DNA of 64,000 nucleotides, taken from contig JAAOMT010000570.1 in assembly GCA_016748015.1 (NCBI GenBank), positions 128,043 to 192,042 of the forward strand, read 5' to 3'. Every line of letters starts with the position of its first letter. Positions within the stretch are counted from its first letter, which is position 1. Position numbers and translations under genes: made by a program. Below the pieces are notes generated by a model. It was not told the DNA's origin and did not search any database. It was given only the letters and a program-made list of their open reading frames with translations. Source of the DNA: Geosiphon pyriformis uo1. Taxonomy: Eukaryota; Fungi; Glomeromycota. This document shows positions 26,801 through 38,321 of this stretch, in pieces.

Positions 26801-29800
26801 GAAATGACTGAAGCCAACTTATTCTTAGCCTGAATCTGCTCAAAAGTTTTCAAACCATATAGAAAAGGATAATGAATTGCATCACTAGAAAAGTTACATG
26901 GCAGACCAGATTTAGATTTCAAGCCCTTATGAATCAGAGTGTTCCACTTCTCACAAGCACTGACAGAAACATAATTGAATTGTGTTTTTTAACCAATGAT
27001 AGGAAAGAGGACTGCTAAAACCAAATACAAAAACTGCTTATCAGATACTGTCTTCTTGAGGACCAGATTAGCAAAAAACTGGACATCAGAATGTGCTTTG
27101 ACCAAGCTAGGTTTGGAAAGATCCTTAGTCGACAGATAAATTCCTAAATAGCAATGTGATTCCCCTCTCTTGGCAATAAAAATAGGTGACCCACTGATCA
27201 ACAGGGAAGAATCTGCAATCTTGCAATTGATGAGAATGGCCACAGTCTTATCATTATTAATTAAAATATCATTGATATTAAAAAATTCATTAGCAACATT
27301 GAGAATGTGCTGTGTAGCACTTTGACTACTGCCAACCCATATAGTATCATTAACAAAGGCACCCATGGTGAAAAAAGAGGAGAGACCAGCCCAAAATTTA
27401 GCATGACCACATTTAGAAATAAAGTAAGAATTCAACTTATATTCACACCCATCCGCCTGTCTTTTGACCTTACACAGAAGAAGATCATAAAATATGCGCC
27501 AAAAAAGCAGCAAGAAAAACTTCCTCTGGTCTAAGCTGTCATGCACTTTGTATTTATCTGTCAAACCAAAATCTGTCATAACCTTATTAACACAATCATT
27601 ATGAATACTACCAAAAAACCTAATGAACCTGTTACACATCTTTATTCTAACCAAACTGTTTTGAAGATGTTCCTACCCAACAGAATCATAAGCCTTCCAC
27701 ATGTTTTACAAGACCAACCAAAGTTCACAACCCTTCTTTAAAGCATCTTCAACCACTAAACTAATGGCAAAAATGGGTGACTGTATTGTTGTACCCCTTA
27801 GGACTAAAAAATTGTCCCCATACAAAACATCAAAAGTACTACATGCCAATGAGATCCTATTCAAGAGAATTTTGGAAAAAATCTTGTGGGCAGTTTCAAT
27901 CAAGGCAATAGGTTAGGTGTTCATGAGAACTCCATTCCATTCATATGACTTAAGAATCATTGAGACCCAAGCTTCCTTCCAAGCACTAAGTACTAATTCA
28001 TGGATCAAACAAGAATTCAAAAGTACCAAAAGCATATCTAAAACTGATTTATCACAATGTTTCTAGAGTTTGTTCAAAATCCCAGAGAGACCAGCAGCTT
28101 TACCCTTAGGAAGATTAGAAACCATACCAAGCAACTCATCAACACCAACAGAACACATCATGCCAGAAAAAGCATCATCAAAAACATACTCCAGAGGCTG
28201 GTATTAGCAGGACCATTTATCTGAAATGTCAAGCATTACTCTGTGCTTCCTGGTCCAATCTTTTATGATCCCATCCACTCTAGATTTAACTAGACTTGGC
28301 TCTAATACCAATTCGTTACCTACTACTAGATAATCCAGTACCACTTTGCAAAAGAGGCACTCCAAAACACTCTTGATGGTGTGACCCTTGTCTGATTCAA
28401 AACTTTCCATTCTCTTATTAATAGCCACTTTGATACATGTTTCCTCAGCACATCTGGATTCCAGCAACTTAGAAAAGTGGTAAGATTTCCTTACCTTAGC
28501 CAGAGCTGAGCAAATCATGTTGAAATTAGAACCTGAAAAAAATAAAAACTTTACCACTAATGTACCATTAGCATTGAGCCCACATTACGTATCCAACAAT
28601 AAAACAAATTCCACACTAGAGACCAAGTGAGAAGTCCTGACCAGCTTAAACATCAGCAACTCCAGCTTATAAAACCTTAAAGAATCTCTGGTGAAAACCT
28701 CATCAAAATTCTTGAACCATTTTTTCCTAAATATCTTATTTGCTGAAAGAGTTATTATCTTGTACAAAACATTCCATATAACATTCAAATCCAAGAGTTG
28801 TACAGTGGTAGCAAATTCATTGGCAAACATTCCAGCATTGGCCAAAGTGGCATCTTTAAAATTTTTCCATTTACTGTTGTTAGCACTCTTGAAATCAAAC
28901 TTCCAATAATTCCTATTAGCCTGCCTACAAAGGGAGTTTAACTGAGTATTCAGGAGACTGCTCAGGCCTACAGAAACAGAAACTGCCCAATGATTAGTGT
29001 CAAAATGTTTGTTCACATCCACAACATTGTGGTCCATTACTGCATTGACCAAATTAGATGAAACTAACATGAAATTAATTGTTTTTTTCACACCCCTCGA
29101 ATTTTCTCATGTAGGACTTTTCACAACTGGGCTACCTGACAAAGAGTTGACCAGCCCCAAGTTTAGACATTTTTTAAAATTCGCACTTTTACACAAACCA
29201 TCTTCATTGAAATCACCACCTAAAATAATAAAAGAAGATTCATTAACAGTCTTAGCAATGAGAGAGTTGATTTCACCAGTCTGAGAGAACCAAGCCACCA
29301 AAAAAGCACTAGCATAAAGCCCCAAAATAGACACAGAAAGTTTATTCTTGAAAAGCAGCTTGATGAACAGAAGCTGACCAGGCACCTCAAAAACTTTGTA
29401 CACATGTCTTGCCAAAAAAGTGTTCATGACAATTGTAATGTTAGAGCCCATATGACCAGAATTCAACTCAGATGTAAACACCCGAAAACCATTAAACTTA
29501 TTCATGATCTATAGGCAAATTTTGCTCTTTAATTTGGTCTCAGTAACAATAGAAATTAAATTGTTTGACTCTTTATGCCAACAAATAATATTATTCTGTT
29601 TCGCAGAATTGTTCATGCTCCTTAGATTGCACATGGCAATCTTCCAAACTAAAACACTCATTGAGAAGTAAAGACAGCCAACAAACCCAAACCTGAGCAC
29701 AAACAGTTCAGCTTTTCCAAAACAGACTCAACCAAAACTTCCAAAGCCACTATTTTGGATTCCAAACCACTGACTTTGGTAGTCAAAACCTTAGAACTAC

Positions 29801-31624
29801 TTAAACTTATGGTGGCAGCTATATCATTGACAACCAGAGGAGAAGGGGTGAAGACTATTAATTCACCATTCAAAACCATATCTGAATTCAAACCAGGAAC
29901 CACATTTACAGGAACCTCAGAAAGAGAAACACCAAACACAGCTGCCAGGAGCACCATTTTTAAGGAACCCAATTTTACTGAAATACCAGAAACCTGGTTA
30001 GCCAAAAGTTCCAAAGAGCATTCCAGAGAAGCCAAATGACCATACAAGTTATAAGTACCAGGCAGAGCAGAAGCGAGTAAAGAGTTCTTAGCAGCAGAGA
30101 ATGGGGCAGCACCAAAAGGAACCAAGAGAGCAACACAAAAAGAGAAACTACCAGCCACTTGAGCCCAAGTTCTACCACCAAAAAAAACTGGACGTGCAAT
30201 AAGAGCTTGCTTTTTCTTATAAATACCAGTCAGACAGACCTGATCTTGATTAGTCACCACCCACTTTTTATGAATTCCAGAAATCCCACCAGACAAACAT
30301 ATATTAGAGATGTAACCAAATTGTTTATATTTGGCACAACAAGCCAGAGAAAGACCAGCCCATCACAAACTTGTACTTTTAAAAACTGGAAAAGATTTAA
30401 TTACAACCAACTTGAATGTTTCATCAACAAAACAAATCACAGCACATCTGTCATAAACATAAGAGCTAGGATTGCGACCAATAAAACAGGTTTTCTTACC
30501 ATATGTATTAAGCAAACCAGACAAATCATGAGCAGTTGTGCCAACTGGTAATGTGTACAACAAAGTCCAATGTTGATTCCTCAAAACCCATGATTGTTTG
30601 TCATTAATCACCAAAGCCACCCGCATAGAGTCCTTATCCATAAAAACTGACCATTTGGAAGCAACAAAGCTAGCAATCTCAAGAGATTCAAATTCCATCA
30701 AAGCTTTTTGCCATAAACCAATCAACTGCATCTTGATTGATACAATCTTACCAAATTTAGAAAAAACTGATTCAACTGCTGAATTGGAAAAATCTACTGA
30801 AATTTTTTTGATTATTACTTTCCAATTTGAATGGCTGTTTAGTTTCCTAATCACATTATTGACCAAAATTTTTTCTCTAACTGCCAATTTTTTAACCATA
30901 TTTAGACTCAGCTCAGAAGTAAAAAAGGATTTGATGATCCCAAGAAATTTTGAGAGAGTAGAGGCTTTCCCAAAATCATCCACACGATAAAAAATTCTTT
31001 TGATAGAAATTAACTTATCACTAGTAGTTTTTCCAGGTACAGCAAACAATTCCATATCCAAAGCAAATGATTTTACTGGCTCAAAGCTCTATTTTTCCAG
31101 AACACGTGACTTGACAGACGGCAGCTGATTGGAACTATTAAACTTTGGTAATAAAAGACTCAACACAATCTTGTCATCACTCATAATGTCAAACATTAGA
31201 GCTTTTGGAAGATTGCCCAACATGTAAGTTCAGGTTCGGGTTTTTCTTGGCATAGCTACGTTCATATTGTCATCTTCTCCTGATTCCACATAGCTTATTT
31301 CCTTGGCAACTGTGTTTGTCATATTCTCTACATCCGACACACTACTTATACTGGATTCATCATTCTCAACTTTGCTTCTTCATGATACCTTATGTTCCTT
31401 ATTGCTTGAATGTAACAGAGTGGTAGGCAGAGGGCCAGCAAATGAGTCCACAACTTCACTACTAATATTAGGTTTCCTAGGTTTCTTATATGACAGACCA
31501 CGAGAGTAGACACTCTTAACTCACACTTTTTTCTTAACACTAGACTGGAGTTCCCAACCCAGTCGATCTAGAATCAGAACCACCAGCAAATAAGCTCATC
31601 AGTTTCCATTACAACAAAGAAGGG
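23836..31624 (-). mobile_element. LINE-C, near full-length non-LTR retrotransposon, interrupted by LINE-B (3' UTR) and Gypsy-2 (5' UTR)
   Basis: ORF1 about 31609-29658 with degenerate CCHC; ORF2 29661-24975 (APE GGDFN, RT, RNase H, CLFC finger); 3' UTR split into 24924-24974 and 23861-23931; (TAA)n/A tail at 23836-23860. Confidence 0.9.
23932..24923 (+). mobile_element. LINE-B, 5'-truncated copy inserted antisense into the LINE-C 3' UTR
   Basis: ORF2 C-terminus (24131-24799) plus full 3' UTR; 11-bp TSD AATTATGTGCT (23921-23931) / AATCATGTACT (24924-24934), differing only by transitions. Confidence 0.88.
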
Positions 31625-32594
31625 TGTTACCAGTAGAATTTTAGCTATTAATTAGCATGAAATTACCCTTATAATTCCTATAATTCATTAGTATATTAAT
31701 ATCATTTCAAATTATCATTTATTATTTAATTAATTATCACATATCACGATTCAATTAAAATAATTTAATTAGTATAACAGAAAGTAAGATGATCAAATTA
31801 CACAATATCCTGAACTTTGTAACATTCAAAAATTCGCCGAAATTTACAGAAATTTGCTGAAATTATGAATAGTTCACCCAAATTAATCAATAGTTCAGCA
31901 AAATAACTTGTAGTTCATCAAAATATATCTTTAGTTTGCCGAAATTTGGGCAAAGAGAAAAAAAGTGCAAGTTCATAAACTAGTACTACAACAAGTTGTA
32001 TAAAAGAAGAGCTTTTCTCTTCTGGAAAATGTATCTTACTTTAGATTTACTTAGAACCAATTCTACATACACAAAAAGAAATAAATACCAAATAATTTGA
32101 AAAACCAAATTTTTTAATTATTGCCCTTGAAAAATCCCCAAAAACCAACTAACATTTCGAAATTGATTAGCTACCAATTTCAGTAAACTGTTAGTGACTC
32201 CAGGCCTAGATAGAAAACATTTCTCTTGATAAAATTCTATTTCTTTTACATTTCTTTTATTTTCTTTTATTTTTCTTACTATAATCACTAGGGTAGCCTA
32301 CAGACAAGATTCCTGTAGAAGAGTTGACTTTTACAGCAAAGTAACTACACATTTTTAGTGAGCTTCCAGATGAGCAATTCTTGGGAAAGAGTTGACGTTT
32401 ACTACAATGTAACTACATAAAGTAACTGGCAAAGAATTGGCCATTCTACTTATAAGCCCAGCAGTTCAAATTATAGGAGATAATTTGAAGATAAATTCAG
32501 TTATTGGAGGTTCAACTACTTCCTGAAAATGTAAATTCACAGCAAATCAACATTACCAATATTTAAGAAAAGAGACCAAAAATCTCTGGTAACA
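31625..32594 (+). repeat. 5' LTR of Gypsy-2 (970 bp)
   Basis: About 98% identical to 40430-41320; TG...CA termini. Confidence 0.95.
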
Positions 32595-32596
32595 TT

Positions 32597-32606
32597 TGGT
32601 GCTCTC
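32597..32606 (+). promoter_or_regulatory. Primer-binding site of Gypsy-2
   Basis: TGGTGCTCTC two nt after the LTR; same first 10 nt as the Gypsy-1 PBS. Confidence 0.8.
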
Positions 32607-32639
32607 CCACAGAAATAACACAGCAACAACAAATTCAAA

Positions 32640-35600
32640 GTGGCAACCACACCAGACACAGCAACTCTAGAGTATTACCAGTCAATTTACACCCACTGCA
32701 AGCAAAGATTCAACATTCCAGATGGAATTGAAATTGTAAAGAAATCAGTATACCAATACATTGAAAATCACATCAACAATTATCTTTTTGGAAACTACAA
32801 TATTTTAGAAGTTAGAAGCAACCTCTACAATAATTTAGTGCATTATTCACATTTGGGAACAGAAGACCTGAACAGTGAAACACTTGCTATCTACTTCCAA
32901 GAACTTAATTTTAATATTATTAAGTATTGTGAAGAAAAATACCCAGTACAGTTTAAATACTCTTTTGACTTTGAATCAGAGACAGAAACAAGCAATAAAG
33001 ACAAACAAAGATTAAAGCAATACTCAAGAACCACTCCAAACACTCCAACACTACAAAAGACAACTGCCAAACACTTGCAAACACCTGAACAAGGAACCAG
33101 TGTCAAATTACCACTTTCTATTACACCATTTCCAATTTCACTTGTTCAACCACAAACACCAAATTCACCACTTAGCCGTTTTTCCAGACCAGAAGATTTT
33201 CAGTTACCTAGAAATCCTACTCAACAGCAGGAACCAATATCAACAAGTGCCAATATCATTGATTACTTACAGGAAAACGAAAGTAATCACTCAGAAAGCT
33301 TGGAAAGTAAGGAAACTGAATCAGAATCAGAAGAAATTCCAGAAAACGAAGAAGAAATGGCAACTGCTTACATTGCAAAAATCCCAGAATTCACTGGTGA
33401 AGACAATGATACCAGTCCCCAAGAATGACTTGACAAAGTTCAAAAAGCAAGAGATGCAAATGGTTGGATTGCAGCAAGAATGCTCAAAGCAATTCCCTAC
33501 TTTCTCCAAGGAACAGCAGGAGAATGGTTTGAAAATTTAGAAGAACCATTTGAAAACTGGCAAGCATTCAAAGATGCTTTCCTACAACAATTCACCAACA
33601 ACAATACCTCTATCACTCTCAGAAACTGCTTTCACAATATCAAACAAGAAACATCTAAATCTGTTATGACCTATCTTGGAAGATTTAACAAACTTCTCAG
33701 ACAAATCCAACAATTGGAAACCAATGACTACTATTCTGATGCTCAAATTCTGGATCAATTTATAGCAGGGTTAAAAGACAAACTGATTAAGAAAGTCCGT
33801 CCACATGCTCCAGCAGACTTAGCAACTGCTATTAGACAAGCAAAGAGCTATGAAATGGCAATGGAAGAAGCAAATCACACCAAGCTTGTAAACCTTGCAA
33901 TTGGAGAAACCAGCTCAGCAGCTGAAAAGAAGATAGACCAACTCACAAAAAAAGTTGAAAGCTACTTCACAAACCAACAACAACAGCCACAACAACCACA
34001 AAGATATTAACCCCCACAATGACGCAACCAAAACAATTTTGGATCATCATCCAACAACCAATCTCAAAATTGTCATTATTGTGGAATTCCAGGACACTGG
34101 AAACGAGATTGTAGGAAATTACAAAGAGACCAACAAAACAGGAGTAATCAACGTTACTTTTCACCACAACAATCCTATTACCAATCTCCACTACCAACTT
34201 ATTATTCACCAAGGCCACAAAATCAAAACAGTTACTATTCACCAGCTCCACAATCAATGCAACAACAATATCAGCAACCTTTACCAATTCAGCCATATCA
34301 GACACCACCCACTCAACAATATCAAGTACCAGCAAGAAGATTGGTTCAACATAACCAATTCACACCCCAAAATCAATTGCAGAATAACCACAACAGAATC
34401 AATTTAAATAACCAGTTGGTTCCCCAAAATTCGGGCCAGCAAAGACCCAATCACTATTACACTCAACCCAGTTATCTTACAATACCAGAGGAATCGGATT
34501 TTCAACAAACTACACTTTCTGAAGGTGAAATTGCAGCACCAAGATCAAACTCTTTCAACCACACCATTCCCTCAGCTCAAATTGCCCAAAATGTTAATCT
34601 GTCAGATATATTTCCATTTGAATTTGAGGCAAATGAATCACCATTTCTGCTTAGTAATGCAGCAGTCAATGAACAGAAAGCAATTACTGTCATATACACA
34701 GAAGCTACAGTAGAAGAAAAACCCATTCGCTTAATCTTAGATAGTGGATCAGCTGGAAGTATCATCACTTACCAGCTGATGCAACAACTCAAACGAAACA
34801 TAAACAGACCAGCTCAAACAGTTATTGTTACAGCTGATGGTATGAAGAAGACTTCAGTAGGAGAAATTGATGATTTCCCTTTTTCAATTGATGGAATTAC
34901 CATTCCAGTTAAAGTTCTTGTTATGGATGCACCCCAATACCAAGCTCTAGTCAGAAATGATTGGCTTCTCAAGGCCAATGCAAACCTGAACTGGAAAACT
35001 CAAGAACTTAAAATCTCATACCAAGGACAATATACCATAGTACTTGCAATCTGTGGTACCTTTAACAAATAATCAGAAAAAGCTCCAGTATTTGAATTTG
35101 AAGAGGAGAAAGAAATGCCACTTACTGAAACCTACATGGCTCTTGGATCAACATCCAATTGGGCTGAAAAAACTGAACAAGAGATTTTTGAAGAATCAAG
35201 AGGATGAAAGAATGTTAGATATTCTACACCAGAACCACAGAAACAACTACTCTATATTCCACTCAAATGCAAAGATTGCAACAAAAAACTTTCATCAATG
35301 GAAACATGTATTTCTCCAGAAGAGGAATATGAAACTCGTACCTGTTACTTTTGCAAAGCATGCCATAGAGAACGATTTGGATCTCCAAAAAGAAGTGGAA
35401 AATAGGACAACACACCTTGCCTTACATGTGGAGAAATACTACCAGAAGAATGCAATTGGATTGATGTAGCATTGAGAGGAGAAGTATGTGATCAAACCTG
35501 TCAATATGCTCTATCAATTTCGAAAAAAGTCAGAAAAAAGACACCATTTGATGCAGCATACAACAGTGCTCTCAATAAACTTTACCACTACCCTCATGAT

Positions 35601-38264
35601 GCTGAAATGATTTTTGATCTAGCAATAACATTAATCAATGGAGCCACTCAAGAAGATGTCCGCCAAATGAAAGAAGCTGAATATATTGAGTACACCATAG
35701 AATTAGCTGGATTTGATTATGAAGATGAAGTAGAAACCTACCACCAAATTGCAAGCCACACATATCCGACCAAAGAAGCTCAAATTCAACGATTAGAGCA
35801 AATGAACATTCAATTGTGTGAAGAATATGTTATGTCTTGTGATGACCAATGGTGTTTAGAATGTTATGCTCTTAGCATTTCTCTGCCAGATGAGAATGAT
35901 AAAAATGAAATCGAATTTGAAGTATCTGAACAAATAAAAGAACTACCAACCACTCCCATTTATCTTCTTAAAAAGCAACCACCTCTACAACTTAAATATT
36001 TTGACAACCATGGCCAAGGAATCAGACCAGAAAAAGCACACGAAATTGATGCTGGATATGACTTGAGATACCCAGGAAAAGATACTTTGATTCTCCAACC
36101 AAAGTTTTTGACAAAAATCAATCTAAAAATTGCTCTTAAAATTCCACCAGGAGCAATGGTTCAAATTGTCTCCAGATCATCATTGGCAAGCAAAGAAATC
36201 AATATTAGAGGAGGAGTTATAGATGCAGGATACACTGGAGACATTACCATTATGTTACAGAATGAGACAGACAAACCATTCAAAATTGAACATGCTGAAA
36301 AAATTGCTCAAGCAATTTACTTACTCTTAATCAACATTTCGGGTTTACAATCAGTAAACAACAGAGAACAATTGGGAAAAAGTGAAAGAGAAACTCAAGG
36401 TTTTGGTTCAACTGGATGATTTACAGTTCCAGTAAACATAGTTCTTAATACACAAAATGAATCTCACCAGATTCTTTAACTCCCTCAGCCAATTATCATT
36501 TCACCTTTTGGAGAACATCACGAAATTTACACTTGCTCAAAACCCACCACTACACAACAAATCTTTGAATCCAATGAACAAATCTGTTTGAAGCATGAAA
36601 TATCAATTCCAAACGTTTATATTCCCAAAGGAATGAAAAAATTTCGAGTTACATTCTACAATCCCAATAATTACCCTATTGTTTTATTAAACAAATTAGA
36701 AATTGGAATCATACACAGCAATATCTTTCAAGATGAAAACCCTCAAATTGTCTCTAATTTCATCGAAATTATAAAGCACACTCTACTCCCAAATCCAAAT
36801 ATCATTCCCACTACTGAAAACTACCACTTGTTGGAAAAAAAACTCTCTCGAATCAATATGGGTCTCTTAGAACCTCAACAACAAAGACAATTGAAACAAT
36901 TGATAGCTGAATTTGCAGATATATTTGCAAAAGACAACAATGACTTGGGAAAAACAGACATTGTTTAACATCAGATCCATACAGGAGATGCTCTACCAAA
37001 ACGTTAACAAGTTTATCAAGTGCCACCTGCCAGCCACCAATTTATCAGAGAAGAGATCCAAAGAATGCTCAATAACAGATTGATTCAACCATCAAGAAGT
37101 CCTTGGGCCTCACCAATAGTTTTGGTTAAAAAGAAAAACGGAAAAATTAGATTCTGTGTTGATTATAGACAACTGAATAGTATTACAATTGGAGATGCCT
37201 ACTCTCTTCCAAGAATTGATAACATGCTAGATGCTCTGAGAAAAGCCAAGTTCTTTTCAACTTTAGACCTGGAAAGTGGATACTGGCAAGTCGAAATGGA
37301 CCCAAAAGATAGACCCAAAACAGCATTCACCACTCAAGGAGGAAATTATGAGTTTAATGTTATGCCTTTTGGACTCTGCAATACACCAGCAATATTCCAA
37401 TGACTCATGAATGTTGTATATGAAGAACTCTTATGGCAATCAGTAGTTGTTTATCTTGATAATACTGATGTATACTCACCAAGCTTTGAAGCCCATCTTA
37501 TTCACTTGCGAGAAGTTTTTCAACGATTACAGAAAGCAGGATTAAAGTTAAATATTGAGAAATGTTACTTTGGAAAAACAAGTTTGATCTTTCTTGGACA
37601 CATAGTTAGTAAAAATGGAATCAAACCAAATCCAGGAACAATCAATGCTGTCAAAAACTTTCAAACCCCCAGAAATACTACAGAACTAAGAGGATTTGTG
37701 AGATTAGCCTCTTACTATCAAAAATTCATAAAAAGATTCTCAGAAATTGCCAAACCACTCAATTATCTTATCAACAAAAATGTACCATATAAATGGACTG
37801 AAGAACAACAAAAAGCTTTTAAAATTCTCAAAACAAAATTGACAACAGCCCCAGTTCTTGCTTACCCAGACTTCAACAAACAATTCCAATTAGCCACTGA
37901 TGCTTCACACATAGCATTTGGTGCCATCTTATCACAATTGGATGAAAATGGCTAAGAACAAGTTATTGCCTATGTCAGCAGAACACTCAAGCCAACAGAA
38001 CTCAAATATGGCTCAACTGAATTAGAAGCTGCTGCAGTTATTTGGGCTCTTAAACATTTTCAACAATATCTGAAAAATGGAAAAGAATTTGACATAATAA
38101 CGGACAACATTGGCCTCAAATGGCTCAATAAAAAGAAAACTGAACAAAGTGCCAAACAGTCTCGATGAAATGACTTCCTAGCAGACTACAGATATATTAT
38201 ACACCACAAACCAGAAAAACTACATACCAATGTTGATAGCCTTTCAAGAATGAGACAAGATTAA
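32640..38264 (+). pseudogene. Gypsy-2 single-frame gag-PR-(Cys-rich)-dUTPase-RT-RNaseH polyprotein with premature stops
   Basis: ORF fragments at 32640, 33480, 34257, 35472, 36588, 37020 and 37407 are all in one frame; CHYCGIPGHWKRDC knuckle, LILDSGS, RFCVDYR, MPFGL, YLDN, TDAS. Confidence 0.92.
35991..36416 (+). other. dUTPase domain within Gypsy-2 pol
   Basis: AGYDL, SRSS, GGVIDAGYTG, IAQ, RETQGFGSTG. Confidence 0.93.
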
Positions 38265-38321
38265 TACCAACAACAATTCCACCACAACTTACCAACTTAC
38301 CAACAAAATAACCAAACAAGA

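Noticed and set aside
32360-32400. Hammerhead-like CAGAYGAG...stem in the Gypsy-2 LTR
   Set aside because: It lacks the CUGA core and the GAAA after stem II.
34018-34025. Stop at the same position (PPQ*RN) after the capsid region in both Gypsy elements, suggesting a programmed Gag stop or read-through
   Set aside because: It is TGA in one element and TAA in the other. Both derive simply from a hypermutable CGA (Arg), and the stop would cut off the zinc knuckle.
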